NCBI GenBank assembly: GCA_045601625.1
Contig: JAZSAA010000200.1
Location: 1-43,375, forward strand
Origin: Clostridia bacterium
Lineage (GTDB): Bacteria; Bacillota; Clostridia; Christensenellales; Aristaeellaceae
DNA length: 43,375 nucleotides
Reading direction: 5' to 3'
A program made the translations under genes and the position numbers. Positions 17,433 to 26,707 of this stretch are shown piece after piece. The first letter of the stretch is position 1. Each line of letters begins with the position of its first letter. The notes under the pieces are model-generated. The model did no database searches. It saw nothing but the letters and a program-made list of their open reading frames with translations, and was not told where the DNA came from.

Positions 17433-17499
17433 AGATCCTTCGCTTCGCTCAGTGGGATGACACCGTGATGCTCGTCATCCTGAGCGAAGTGAAGGATCT
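17433..17499. repeat. REP-like palindromic intergenic element, copy 5
   Basis: AGATCCTTCGCTTCGCTCAGTGGGATGACA - loop - CGTCATCCTGAGCGAAGTGAAGGATCT, located 3' of the amidohydrolase gene. Confidence 0.9.
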
Positions 17500-17505
17500 T
17501 CTACA

Positions 17506-17675
17506 TTTAAGGAAATACCGCACAATGCTCGCGGCCCATTAGCGGGTGAATTTCAGCCGCTTGCGGACTGCAAAAATCTCGATTACCCGCCAGGTAACCT
17601 TCGATTTTTGCAGTCCGCAATCGACTAAAATTCCCTACGCTACTGAACCACTCGATTATGCGGCATTTCCTTAAA
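17506..17675. repeat. 170-bp long imperfect palindrome (MITE-like or structured RNA) directly abutting REP copy 5
   Basis: Terminal arms TTTAAGGAAATACCGCA (17506-17522) and TGCGGCATTTCCTTAAA (17659-17675) match at 16 of 17 positions. The inner arms TTGCGGACTGCAAAAATC (17561-17578) and GATTTTTGCAGTCCGCAA (17603-17620) form a perfect 18-bp pair. The intervening 38-nt segments are also partly complementary. Confidence 0.8.
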
Positions 17676-17737
17676 TTGAAAACAGTATCAGAACGTTGCA
17701 GAGGCTGTATCATAGCGAATACCACCGTACAAAACAA

Positions 17738-17817
17738 CTGCAGGGGCGCCGTTGCGGCACCCGCCCGGGAACAAACATGTCGTTGATCCCGGCGGGCGGC
17801 GCAACGCCGCCCCTGCA
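17738..17817 (-). terminator. Long GC-rich hairpin plus U-tract: intrinsic terminator of the DUF819 gene
   Basis: CTGCAGGGGCGCCGTTGCGGCACCCGCCCGGGA pairs with TCCCGGCGGGCGGCGCAACGCCGCCCCTGCA at about 28 of 33 positions. On the minus strand it is followed by GTTGTTTTGT. It lies about 70 nt after the stop at 17889. Confidence 0.6.
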
Positions 17818-17888
17818 ATTGCATTTCCTGCGTATGTTTATGCTTCTTGAGGCCGCCCCTGTACATTGCCGTCGCCCGGCTTCCTCCG

Positions 17889-19061
17889 TCAGGCCAGCAT
17901 CCGCATGATATTGGCGCACAGCGTGGCCAGCGGCGTACCGACCACATAGCCCATCAGCGCCATCAGGATGCCCACCGGCACCAGCGAGCCGGAGTAGGAG
18001 CCCGCCAGCACCGGCGCGGAGGCGGTTCCCCCGATGTTGGCCAGGGAGGCGACCCCCGCGGTGAACAGGTCGAGCTTCAGCAGCTTGCAGAACACCAGCA
18101 TCAGCAGCGCATGGACCGCCAGCACGATGAAACCGGTGAATATCCACGCCGGCGCGTCGCCCAGCTCCGCCAGGCTCGCCCGGGAGGCCAGCAGCCCGAT
18201 CACTGCGTAGAGCAGCAGGTTCGAGACCTCGCCCGAACTGGCAACCCTGCCCAGGGGCGTCACCGCGCAGATCAGCGACACGGCGGTCACAAACAGCACC
18301 GTCCAGGTGGCTTTATCGGAAAAGCCCGTCCAGCCATACAGCTTCGCTCCCACGTTCGTGGCGACGGCGCTGACCAGGAAGGCGCAGCCGATGAGCAGCA
18401 GCAGGCTCTGGAGCGTGGGCGGCTGGGTGTTCAGCTTCGCCACATCCGAGAGGCGCTGGGAGATCTCGTCCAGCCGGGTGGTGTCAGCATGGGTCCACCG
18501 GTTGAACCAGGGCGCCAGCTGGATGGCCCAGAGCAGGAACATCACCCACAGCGAATAGTCGATGGAGTCGATCACCAGCGCATAGCCCATGTCCGCCTCG
18601 GCGATGTTCAGCGCCGCCTGTACAGCCACCATGTTGCCGCTGCCGCCGATCCACGACCCGCACAGCGCGCCCAGGCCCTTCCAGGCGTCGCTGCCGATGA
18701 AGCGCTTCATGACCAGGAAGGCGACGATGAAGCCGAGCATGATGGTCAGCGTCGCGGAGAAGAAGCCCAGCAGCATCCTCGGCCCCAGGCGCAGCACCTT
18801 GCGGATGTCGCAGCGCAGCAGCATCGAAAAGACCATCGCGTAGGTCAGGTTGTTCTTCAGCGCGTCGTAGGCCGGCTTCGTCTGGCCCAGGTCCCAGGCC
18901 TTCACCGTACACAGCAGCATCGCGACCAGGTAGCACAACACGATGGAGGGCACGTATTTGAAGAACTTCTTCAGCGCGCCCCCCGCCTTCTTTTCCAGCG
19001 TCACCAGCACGCCTGCCATGAACAGCAGCGTGGCGACATAGGTAAACCCATTGGTGATCAT
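17889..19061 (-). CDS. DUF819 family polytopic membrane protein
   Basis: 390 aa from MITNGFTYVATLLF, with GAGGGGGG upstream. It has about 11-12 TM helices. The GSWIGGSGNMVA and ANIGGTASAPVLA motifs are characteristic of DUF819. Confidence 0.8.
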   Translation of the reverse strand: MITNGFTYVATLLFMAGVLVTLEKKAGGALKKFFKYVPSIVLCYLVAMLLCTVKAWDLGQTKPAYDALKNNLTYAMVFSMLLRCDIRKVLRLGPRMLLGFFSATLTIMLGFIVAFLVMKRFIGSDAWKGLGALCGSWIGGSGNMVAVQAALNIAEADMGYALVIDSIDYSLWVMFLLWAIQLAPWFNRWTHADTTRLDEISQRLSDVAKLNTQPPTLQSLLLLIGCAFLVSAVATNVGAKLYGWTGFSDKATWTVLFVTAVSLICAVTPLGRVASSGEVSNLLLYAVIGLLASRASLAELGDAPAWIFTGFIVLAVHALLMLVFCKLLKLDLFTAGVASLANIGGTASAPVLAGSYSGSLVPVGILMALMGYVVGTPLATLCANIMRMLA

Positions 19062-19138
19062 ACCACGTCCCCCCCTCCGTTCTCTGAACACTTCACCGTC
19101 CAGACCCAGTCCCGCCCCCTGACACGAGCGCGGCAGTC

Positions 19139-20014
19139 TTAGACCCGTTCCCCCAGATAGTCATGGACGGCTTCCACCAGCTCCGCGCTCCAGAAGCTCC
19201 CCTCGTGGGGCGCGTCCGGAACCCGGTACATCGTCGCGTCGTGCCCGCATTCCAGCAGCCTGCGATACAGCCGCTCGCTCTGGCGGTAGTTGACGACAGA
19301 ATCCCCCGTCCCGTGCAGCAGCAGGAACGGAGGCAGCGCCCTGCCCGGCGACACATGCCGCATGGGGCTGATCAGCCGCATCCGCTCCCGCGCCGCTTCG
19401 TTCAGCGGGAACCCGCACAGCTTCGCGAAGATGGTGTCCGGATCGTCCTGCATGCCGGCATAGTCCTCGTCCGCCATGGCTTCGAGGTCGGCGGGCCCAA
19501 AGCAATCCACCACGCATTTCACCGCGTCGGATTCCCCGGCGTATTCCTCCGTCTCAAAGCGCGGGTCGCCCGCGGTCAGGCCCACCAGCAGCGCCGTGTT
19601 TCCGCCGGAGCTGGTGCCCCATACGGCGACGCGCCCCGGATCGATGCCATAGTCCCCCGCGTGGGCGCGCAGGAAGCGGATCGCCGTCTTTACATCCACC
19701 AGGAAGGCCGGCGCCATAAACCCATCCAGACAGGAACGGTGCCCCACCGTCGCCACCACATAGCCCTTGCGCGACAGCTCGGAAAGCTGTGGGATCTCCG
19801 CACCCCGATCGGGCGTCGTCCAGGCGCTTCCTTGAACAAAGACGATCAGCGGATACTCGGCCTTTCCTAGCGTGTCCTGGTGCTGGTTCGCCCACGGGCG
19901 CAGCAGGTCCAGCGTGCAGCCGGGCCGGTCGGCATAGGGAATATTCATATCGATCCGGGAAAAGCCCTCCAGCGCAGGGTTCAGGGGAAGGGATCTGATT
20001 TCAGAACGGCTCAT
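19139..20014 (-). CDS. Alpha/beta hydrolase (esterase/lipase-like)
   Basis: 291 aa from MSRSEIRS, with AGGAGG upstream. The nucleophile elbow is GTSSGGN. A C-terminal LLLHGTGDSVV (Asp) and PDAPHEG (His) complete a Ser-Asp-His triad. Confidence 0.85.
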   Translation of the reverse strand: MSRSEIRSLPLNPALEGFSRIDMNIPYADRPGCTLDLLRPWANQHQDTLGKAEYPLIVFVQGSAWTTPDRGAEIPQLSELSRKGYVVATVGHRSCLDGFMAPAFLVDVKTAIRFLRAHAGDYGIDPGRVAVWGTSSGGNTALLVGLTAGDPRFETEEYAGESDAVKCVVDCFGPADLEAMADEDYAGMQDDPDTIFAKLCGFPLNEAARERMRLISPMRHVSPGRALPPFLLLHGTGDSVVNYRQSERLYRRLLECGHDATMYRVPDAPHEGSFWSAELVEAVHDYLGERV

Positions 20015-20326
20015 ATCTGCGTCGCCTCCTATCGGTTTCACCGGGCCTGACGGTATTGGATTGTCGCAGGTCTATTTTATCATATAACAGGCGCTTAATA
20101 ATCACAGGAGTGCTTTAATAATGTGTCAACTGCGTAATATCAGGCGCAACCACGCCGCGCGTCGCCCGCCTTCCCTCAGCCCGGGAGGGCTGTTGGAAAT
20201 TGACATGGTTTCAACCGCGGGGGTTGATTATACCTCCATTTTTCGGTATGCTATAAGGTGACGGAATCGAAATCACGCCACCGGCCTGACCCGATGGCGC
20301 TGAATAGCACAGACACGGAGGGACAA

Positions 20327-20923
20327 ATGATCAGGAATATCGTCTTTGACCTGGTGGGCGTCGTCATGCGCTTCGACACAGAGGGCTACTACCGGCTCCA
20401 CGACATCTCCTCCACGGATCAGGACATCCTCCAGCGCGAGGTGTTCCGGTCCCTGGAATGGGCGATGCAGGACCGGGGCACCATTTCGGAGGAGGACGCC
20501 ATAGCGGCCATCTGCCCCCGCGTGCCGGCGCGCCTGCACACGGCCGTGGGCGACTTCATCCGCCGGCAGAACCGCGACATCCTGCCGGTGCCGGGCATGG
20601 AAAAACTGCTGCGGGATTTGAAGGACGGCGGGCGCCGCCTGTTCCTGCTCTCCAACACCAGCAGGGCCTTTCACCGCTTTCGCGCCCGGGTGCCGGGAAC
20701 AGAGCTCTTTGAGGGCACGCTGATCAGCGCCGACGAGGGGCTGGTGAAGCCCGACCCGGCGATATTCCGGCTGGCGTGCAAGCGGTTTGGCATACTACCG
20801 TCCGAATCCGCCTTCATCGACGATACGCCGATCAACGCCGAGGCCGCCCTGTACATCGGCATGAAGGCCTTTGTCTTCAACGGGGATGTGGGGCTTCTCA
20901 GGGCGTGGCTGGAGGAGACCTAA
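20327..20923 (+). CDS. HAD-superfamily hydrolase (subfamily IA-like)
   Basis: Start at MIRNIVFDLVGVV (motif I), with GGAGGG upstream. LLSNTS (motif II) and a C-terminal FIDDTPINAEAA (motif IV) are present. Confidence 0.85.
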   Translation: MIRNIVFDLVGVVMRFDTEGYYRLHDISSTDQDILQREVFRSLEWAMQDRGTISEEDAIAAICPRVPARLHTAVGDFIRRQNRDILPVPGMEKLLRDLKDGGRRLFLLSNTSRAFHRFRARVPGTELFEGTLISADEGLVKPDPAIFRLACKRFGILPSESAFIDDTPINAEAALYIGMKAFVFNGDVGLLRAWLEET

Positions 20924-22659
20924 GCGATATCCCTCAGCACGAGGACCAGGTTGTTCAGGTTCATGGAATAGGTATAGCGCGCCTCGTCCGCCATGCGCAT
21001 GGCCAGGCGAATGCCCAGGCCCTCGCCGCCGCCGTGCTCGACGTGGGCGACGGGGTCGAAGGCCGTGCAATCGTCCCTGAAGCGCAGCGTCCAGCGCCCA
21101 TGCTTCACCTGCAGGCGGATAGAGAGCCGGTTTTTCCCGTCCGCTGCGAAGCCATGGCGGGCGATGTTGCCGCCCATCTCCTCCACGCACAGCGCCAGGT
21201 GGGCGGCGAGGCGCTCGCTGCCGCCGTGGGCGCGGCAGAAATCCGACGCTGACCGGGAGTAGGCCATCATCGCGTCCATGTCCCGCAGGATCGCTTCATA
21301 CCGATCCCGTTCGGGCACGCCGAAGTCGTCCCGGAGCAGCAGTATGTCCTCCGCCCGCCAGGTAATGCCGCCCTTTTTCAGCCACACGTAGCCCAGGATG
21401 CCCGCCAGCGAGATCGCCTCGCCCACGGCAAAGTAGAGCCATATCCCGTTCAGGCCCGTCAGCCTGCCCAGCGCGAAGGCCGCCAGCGTCGGCACCACCG
21501 CGTTCGCCATCACGGAAATCACTTCCATCAGTCGTACGCGCCCGGTGCCCTGGTAGCAGTTGCGCAGGCCGTTGCTCAGGCAGCAGGGGATCAGCCCCAG
21601 CGCGAACATCCGCAGGCCCGGTATCGCCAGGGCCTTGCTCTGCGCCGCGCCGGGAACGAACAGGTTCGCCAGCGGCTGGGCGAAGGCCATCAGCAGCGCC
21701 ATCGCCGCCACGCCCAGCACCACCGCCCAGCGCGCGATCAGCCGCAGCAGCTCCGAAAGCCCCCCGCGGTCCTCCTCGTTGTACAGCACGCCGGATAGGG
21801 TCAGTGCCACGCCGCCCATGCCCGTGCTGATGCAGTTTGCCGCGTTGGTGATGGAGGTGATCAGCGCGTAGGCCGCCACCGCCGCCTTGCCGCCCAGATC
21901 CATCAGCAGTCTGTTCACCGCGAACACCAGCGCCACCGTGGACGCCATGCCGAACACCGTGGGCAGGCCGCCGGCCGCCAGCTCCCGGATCTTGCGCCAC
22001 TGGATGCCCTTTACGCTGAACGTGAACACGCAGTTCTTCGACAGGAAATAGCTGCCCCCGATGATCATGGCCACATAGTAGCTCAGCGCCGAAGCCAGGC
22101 CCATGCCGAACATGCCCCCGTGGAACACGGCCACGTTCAGCCAGTCCAGGGCCACGTCCGCCACGGTCATGCCCAGCACGGCGGCGATCAGCAGGTTTCC
22201 CTGCCCCGCCATCTGCAAGAACGGCACCAGGACCAGCGCCCCCATCGATGCCGGCGCGCCGATGACGAAGCCCGCCATGTAGCTGCTGGTATCCGCAAGC
22301 AGCACGGGCTCCCTCGCGCCCAGCATCCGCGCCAGCGGCACCCGCAGGAGCGCCACCAGCAGCGTGAACACCAGCGAGAGCGCCGCCGCCAGGGCCACGG
22401 AGGAGGAATAGCCCACGTCCGTCTCCAGCCGGTCGCCCCGGCCCAGGGATTTGCCGCACGCCACCTGGGCCCCGGCGCACAGCATGCTGCCGATGGCCCC
22501 GATGATCAGCAGAACCGGGCCCGCGAGCCCGTAGGCCGACAGCGCGCCCTCGCCCAGGAAGCGCCCGATCATCAGGTTGTCGATGAGCAAACACAGCGAT
22601 ACCGTCAGCGCGGAGAGGATCTGCGCGGCCAGCATCTGTCCAACCAGCTTCTTTATCAT
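20920..22659 (-). CDS. MATE-family efflux transporter fused to a C-terminal SpoIIAB/RsbW-like HATPase_c domain
   Basis: The first ~445 aa contain 12 TM helices with a MATE-like N-terminus (LIDNLMIGRFLGEGALSAYGLAGPV). The last ~125 aa carry an N-box-like CVEEMGGNIARHG, a DDCTAFDP segment and a G-box GLGIRLA. Confidence 0.8.
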   Translation of the reverse strand: MIKKLVGQMLAAQILSALTVSLCLLIDNLMIGRFLGEGALSAYGLAGPVLLIIGAIGSMLCAGAQVACGKSLGRGDRLETDVGYSSSVALAAALSLVFTLLVALLRVPLARMLGAREPVLLADTSSYMAGFVIGAPASMGALVLVPFLQMAGQGNLLIAAVLGMTVADVALDWLNVAVFHGGMFGMGLASALSYYVAMIIGGSYFLSKNCVFTFSVKGIQWRKIRELAAGGLPTVFGMASTVALVFAVNRLLMDLGGKAAVAAYALITSITNAANCISTGMGGVALTLSGVLYNEEDRGGLSELLRLIARWAVVLGVAAMALLMAFAQPLANLFVPGAAQSKALAIPGLRMFALGLIPCCLSNGLRNCYQGTGRVRLMEVISVMANAVVPTLAAFALGRLTGLNGIWLYFAVGEAISLAGILGYVWLKKGGITWRAEDILLLRDDFGVPERDRYEAILRDMDAMMAYSRSASDFCRAHGGSERLAAHLALCVEEMGGNIARHGFAADGKNRLSIRLQVKHGRWTLRFRDDCTAFDPVAHVEHGGGEGLGIRLAMRMADEARYTYSMNLNNLVLVLRDIA

Positions 22660-22895
22660 GGCTTCATGATCTCCATCGTCTTTTTTCTGCGTTCGTGTTT
22701 ACAGGGGAATAAACATCATTCGCCTGTTCTTATTTCCTCCGGGTTGATTATAACGGCCTGCTCACGCATTTGTCAATCACGATTTGCGCGTCCGGGACGC
22801 GGCCGCATTCCGAGCGCCGTGTGACGGTTCTGTAACGCATGACGCGCTATACTGTTCCCCGTCAGGAACAAACGACAATCGAGGAGGCAACGAAT

Positions 22896-23525
22896 ATGAG
22901 GAAGACACTTTGCGCGCTGGTCGCGCTGGCGATCATGCTCTGCGGCTTTGCGATGGCCGAGGCCATCCACCCCATGGACAACGCGCCGGACCTGAACAAC
23001 GGCACCTACCCCGCCGCCTTCAAGCAGGATCAGCTGGCCGACGGAACCGTGAAGGAGATGCACAGCTACACCATCGACCGCTACGCAAAGGACGACATCG
23101 CCAACGTGGCCGTGGGCGACACGCTGTTCATCGAGGGCAAGGAAGTGGCGATCACCGCAGTGGAATGGCAGGACAAGGAGACCGTGCTCATCAACGGCGG
23201 CTACGACAACGGTGGCTACACCATCGAGTGGTACGACCCGGACCCCGATTTCGAGGAGCCCAACATCTTCAACGCCTGGATGAGCGTCGCGGACAACGAC
23301 TACCACACCTTCACCGAATACGGTGTGGGCGACTACGAGATGGACCCCGAGATCACCTTCGTGGACAGCTGGGACATCGACGCCAAGCCCGTCACCGTCA
23401 CCGGCGCGGAGGAAGTGGCGAAGGCCATCGCCGCGGCGGACGGCCCCTCCTTCTTCGAGTACAACACCGAGGTCACCCTGAAGGACGGCAGGATCGTCGA
23501 GATTCACCGCGACTTCATACCGTAA
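22896..23525 (+). CDS. Secreted protein of unknown function, paralogous to the C-terminal domain of the 748-aa protein at 3881-6127
   Basis: Start at MRKTLCALVALAIMLCGFAMAEA, with GAGGAGG upstream. Blocks shared with the larger protein: DRYAxxDIxxxAxGDxxxxEGxxxxxxxV, xxINGG, and GAExVxAIAxA...SFxxYNTxVTxxxGR...P-stop. Confidence 0.8.
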   Translation: MRKTLCALVALAIMLCGFAMAEAIHPMDNAPDLNNGTYPAAFKQDQLADGTVKEMHSYTIDRYAKDDIANVAVGDTLFIEGKEVAITAVEWQDKETVLINGGYDNGGYTIEWYDPDPDFEEPNIFNAWMSVADNDYHTFTEYGVGDYEMDPEITFVDSWDIDAKPVTVTGAEEVAKAIAAADGPSFFEYNTEVTLKDGRIVEIHRDFIP

Positions 23526-23563
23526 AGCCTGTATTTATACGATATTCAATCAAAGAATTGAGA

Positions 23564-23627
23564 AGATCCTTCGCTTCCCCCGGGATGACACCGTTCTGTC
23601 TGTCATCCCGGGCGGGGCGAAGGATCT
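23564..23627. repeat. REP-like palindromic intergenic element, copy 6
   Basis: AGATCCTTCGCTTCCCCCGGGATGACA - loop - TGTCATCCCGGGCGGGGCGAAGGATCT, located between convergent genes. Confidence 0.9.
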
Positions 23628-23693
23628 TACTGTTTGTTCGTTCGGTATTCAGCAATACAGTCCGGCGGCCTCGGCTGTTTTTTGAGGCGCGTC

Positions 23694-26183
23694 TTACTCC
23701 GCTTTATCCAGGGCCGAACAGCCGCGCCCATACAGGACCTGCGTGCCGTAGGTCCACTTTCCGTCCGGGCCCTGCGCCAGCGCGGGGATGTCGATGGGCA
23801 GCCTGCCGGGCATGTCCCCGTCCCCGAAGATCGCGCACAGCGCGGCGGGGACGTTGGCGTTGTACGCGCCCGCGTTCCCGGAGCCCTCGGCGCGGGCGGC
23901 GGGGTCCACGCCGAAGCCCGCCGACAGGTACGCGCACACGATGGCGTCCGCGTCCGCAAACCGCGCCGCGTCCACGGGCAGGTTGTCGCTGAGCAGCACG
24001 AACCTCGCGCCGCCCCCGTGGGCGTCCTCCAGCGCCCTGCGAACGCCCTGCACCTGCGGGTTGTCGTCCTGGAGCCTCTCCAGGCCCGCGCCGACATTGT
24101 CGAGGCACACCACGACGTCGGCGGCCCTGACGGCCCCGGCGAGTTCGTCGGTGTATGCCAGCTCCCCGCTGTCGTAATAGCGGTCGATCACGATGGCGGT
24201 GGAAGCGTCCCCGTCGCCCGAGGTCTCCCCGGTGATGCGGTTTTCAATCCGCGCATCAGGGTCGATGAAGCCGCCCTCCATAAGCCGCTCCAGCGCGTAG
24301 CAGATGGGCGTGTTGTCCGTATCCGTGCGGCCGAGGATTACGATTCTCCCGCCCCTGATCGGCAAAATCCCATCGTCCTTCAGCAGCGTGACCGCCTGCC
24401 GGGCGGTTTCTTCCTCCACCGCGTGATGGGCCTCGGAGCCGACGATCCTTTCGGCGGCCTCAAGGCGCTGTTCCGCCGGGGTCGCGTCCAATTCCAGGAG
24501 GCCGTGCCTTTCCTTCAGGGTGAGTATCCGGCGCAGGGAGGCGTCGATGCGATCTTCTTCGATCGCGCCGTCCTCGACCAGCGCGGCGATGCCTGCGATA
24601 TAATCGTCGTAGTACTGCGCAGCGTCCTCGCCGGTCAGGTCCGTGGGCAGCAGCAGTATGTCGCAGCCCGCGTCGATGGCTGCCCGGGCTACCTGCACGT
24701 CGTGCGCCACAGTGGCAAAGTCGCCGGTGAACAGCTGCGCGCCGGTGTCCGGCTCGGTGACGAACTGCTGCATCTCGAGGGCGTCCGTCATCACCACGCC
24801 GTCGAATCCCAATTCCTCGCGGAGCATCCCGATGATGATTTTCGGCGACAGCGTGGCGGGCAGGAAGCCCCTGGTGACGCCGTCCGCCATCAGCTGTTCG
24901 TCATCGATCAGCGGGAACGTGGTCGCCGAGGTCATCACCATCTCCGCGCCGTTTTCAATGGCCGCCCGGAAGGCGGACAGCCCGTTCTGCGCCAGCTGTT
25001 CCTCTGTCAGCCATATGGAGGTGGGATAGTCGCTGCCGTCACCCGCGCCGGGAAAGTGCTTGAAGCAGGTGATCACGTTGCTCTGGCCCACGCCTCCGGC
25101 GAAGGCCAGGCCGAGCCGGGCCACCGTCTGTATGTCGTCGGAGAACACGCGGGTGCTCATGCCCGGGTCCGCCAGGTCCGTGATGACGTCGATGCAGGGG
25201 CCCAGGTTCACGTTGATGCCCAGGGCCTCCAGCTCCTCCCCGAATACCTCGCCGATGGCCCGGGCGTTCTGCCCGGCGGCCTCGCCGGTGGCGCCGATGG
25301 CCATGCTGCCCGTGCCCCGGGTGCCCATGGTCAGCCGCGCCACGGAGCCGCCCTCCTGGTCCGCGGCCACCAGATACGGTATGGCCCGGTCCGCGCCCAG
25401 GGTGTTGTTGCGCTGCAGGTCGTCGATCAGCCGCAGGGTCTGCCCGGCGCTTTCGATGTTCGAGCCGAACAGGATCACGCCGCCATACGGATGTCGGCGC
25501 AGCGCCTCAGCCAGCGCCGGCTGGGCGGACAGGTCCGTCACCTTTTCGCCGTCCCAGGCGCGCAGTGCCGGCATGATCATCTGCGCGACCTTCTCATCGA
25601 GGCTCATGGAATCGATCAGCCCGTCCACAGGCGACCCGGCGTTCGCGGCGTTGCCCATGGCCAGCGTGTAATCCCGCAGGTTCTCCCAGGCCGGGCGGGT
25701 CAGCGGATCGCGCATGGCCGCGTCCATCCCGTCGGCCACGCCCGCGTCCTCAAACGCGCCGCGGTTGGCGTCGTAATCCTCCAGGCAGTCGTCCAGCAGG
25801 GCGCGCACGGCGTCGAAGTTTTCCCGGAACAGCGCCTGCCCGTCTCCGTCCATCGCCTCGAAGGCGGCCAGCATGTTGGCGCGCACAGGCGCAGCGTCCA
25901 GGGCGTCCAGCCGGTAGGCCCGGGCGAAGGCGCACACCTCGCTGGCCGCGATCGCCAGCTTGAGGGACGCGCCCGCCGTCCCCGTCTCCAGGCCCGCGAC
26001 CACCGAAAAATAGCCCTCCGCGAATTCTTCCGCCGTGGGCGCCTGCGCCGGATCAGACTGCGCCTCCCCGGGGGCCGGATCGACGGCGGGGCTGTTGACC
26101 TCTCCGCATGCCCCCGCCGTAATCACCAGCGCCAGCACCAGCACCAGGGCCAGCAGGACGATGCGCTTTGCAATACTCTTCAT
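23694..26183 (-). CDS. Exported glycoside hydrolase family 3 enzyme (beta-N-acetylhexosaminidase NagZ/YbbD-like) with an extra ~190-aa N-terminal region and a C-terminal GH3 domain
   Basis: Start at MKSIAKRIVLLALVLVLALVITAGAC (signal peptide, possible lipobox). GH3 motifs KHFPGAGDGS and GVVMTDALEM (Asp nucleophile) are present. Confidence 0.88.
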   Translation of the reverse strand: MKSIAKRIVLLALVLVLALVITAGACGEVNSPAVDPAPGEAQSDPAQAPTAEEFAEGYFSVVAGLETGTAGASLKLAIAASEVCAFARAYRLDALDAAPVRANMLAAFEAMDGDGQALFRENFDAVRALLDDCLEDYDANRGAFEDAGVADGMDAAMRDPLTRPAWENLRDYTLAMGNAANAGSPVDGLIDSMSLDEKVAQMIMPALRAWDGEKVTDLSAQPALAEALRRHPYGGVILFGSNIESAGQTLRLIDDLQRNNTLGADRAIPYLVAADQEGGSVARLTMGTRGTGSMAIGATGEAAGQNARAIGEVFGEELEALGINVNLGPCIDVITDLADPGMSTRVFSDDIQTVARLGLAFAGGVGQSNVITCFKHFPGAGDGSDYPTSIWLTEEQLAQNGLSAFRAAIENGAEMVMTSATTFPLIDDEQLMADGVTRGFLPATLSPKIIIGMLREELGFDGVVMTDALEMQQFVTEPDTGAQLFTGDFATVAHDVQVARAAIDAGCDILLLPTDLTGEDAAQYYDDYIAGIAALVEDGAIEEDRIDASLRRILTLKERHGLLELDATPAEQRLEAAERIVGSEAHHAVEEETARQAVTLLKDDGILPIRGGRIVILGRTDTDNTPICYALERLMEGGFIDPDARIENRITGETSGDGDASTAIVIDRYYDSGELAYTDELAGAVRAADVVVCLDNVGAGLERLQDDNPQVQGVRRALEDAHGGGARFVLLSDNLPVDAARFADADAIVCAYLSAGFGVDPAARAEGSGNAGAYNANVPAALCAIFGDGDMPGRLPIDIPALAQGPDGKWTYGTQVLYGRGCSALDKAE

Positions 26184-26341
26184 GGCGTGTTCCTCCCCGT
26201 TCATCATCATTTCATGCAAAATGCCTTACAGTGCTTTGTCCGTTCAGGGACCGACAAAGTTGCCTCCAAAATAAAAAATAACAATTCATACCCGTTCCGA
26301 TTCAGGATATGAACATTTGCGCATATATATAATTAGTATTC

Positions 26342-26707
26342 TCAGTCCCGGAGCGCCGACAGGAGCTTTTCCAGCATGCGCCCCGACGCTGCCAGCACCG
26401 ACTGTATGCCCGCCTTCGTCAGGCCCTCGTAGTGCATGCCGGCTTCCACCACGACGGGGGCGAATCCGCATTCGGACAGCGCCGCCGCCCAGGTTTCGCT
26501 GATCGCGGCGTCCCGGTGGCCGGGGAACTGGGTGGTCGCCGTTTCCACGCCGGGCATGGCGACGCTGACCGCGCCGATGTGCGGCCGGTCGCCGCCGTAA
26601 ACCGAAACGTGGACGCCCTCGGCGAACACCAGCGCCTCGGCGACGATCGCCTGTCCCAGGCAGTCCTCCGACAGGCGCATGCGTTTGATCTCATCAGCCA
26701 TGGCCAT
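26342..26707 (-). CDS. lpdD: LpdD-like small subunit (prenylated-flavin chaperone-type partner of UbiD/UbiX decarboxylases)
   Basis: About 121 aa. The start overlaps the ubiX stop by 14 nt; an alternative ATG at 26701 has better RBS spacing. The YGGDRPHIGAVSVA motif and the position after the C and B subunits match the LpdD/BsdD slot. The family call is from memory and was not searched. Confidence 0.6.
   Translation of the reverse strand: MAMADEIKRMRLSEDCLGQAIVAEALVFAEGVHVSVYGGDRPHIGAVSVAMPGVETATTQFPGHRDAAISETWAAALSECGFAPVVVEAGMHYEGLTKAGIQSVLAASGRMLEKLLSALRD

Noticed and set aside
17506-17675. 6S RNA-like architecture: a closing stem, symmetric 38/38-nt internal segments and a terminal stem.
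   Set aside because: The supposed bubble strands are themselves largely complementary, so there is no open-promoter-mimicking central bubble. No conserved 6S sequence features or usual genomic context are present. A long palindrome or MITE is the simpler reading.
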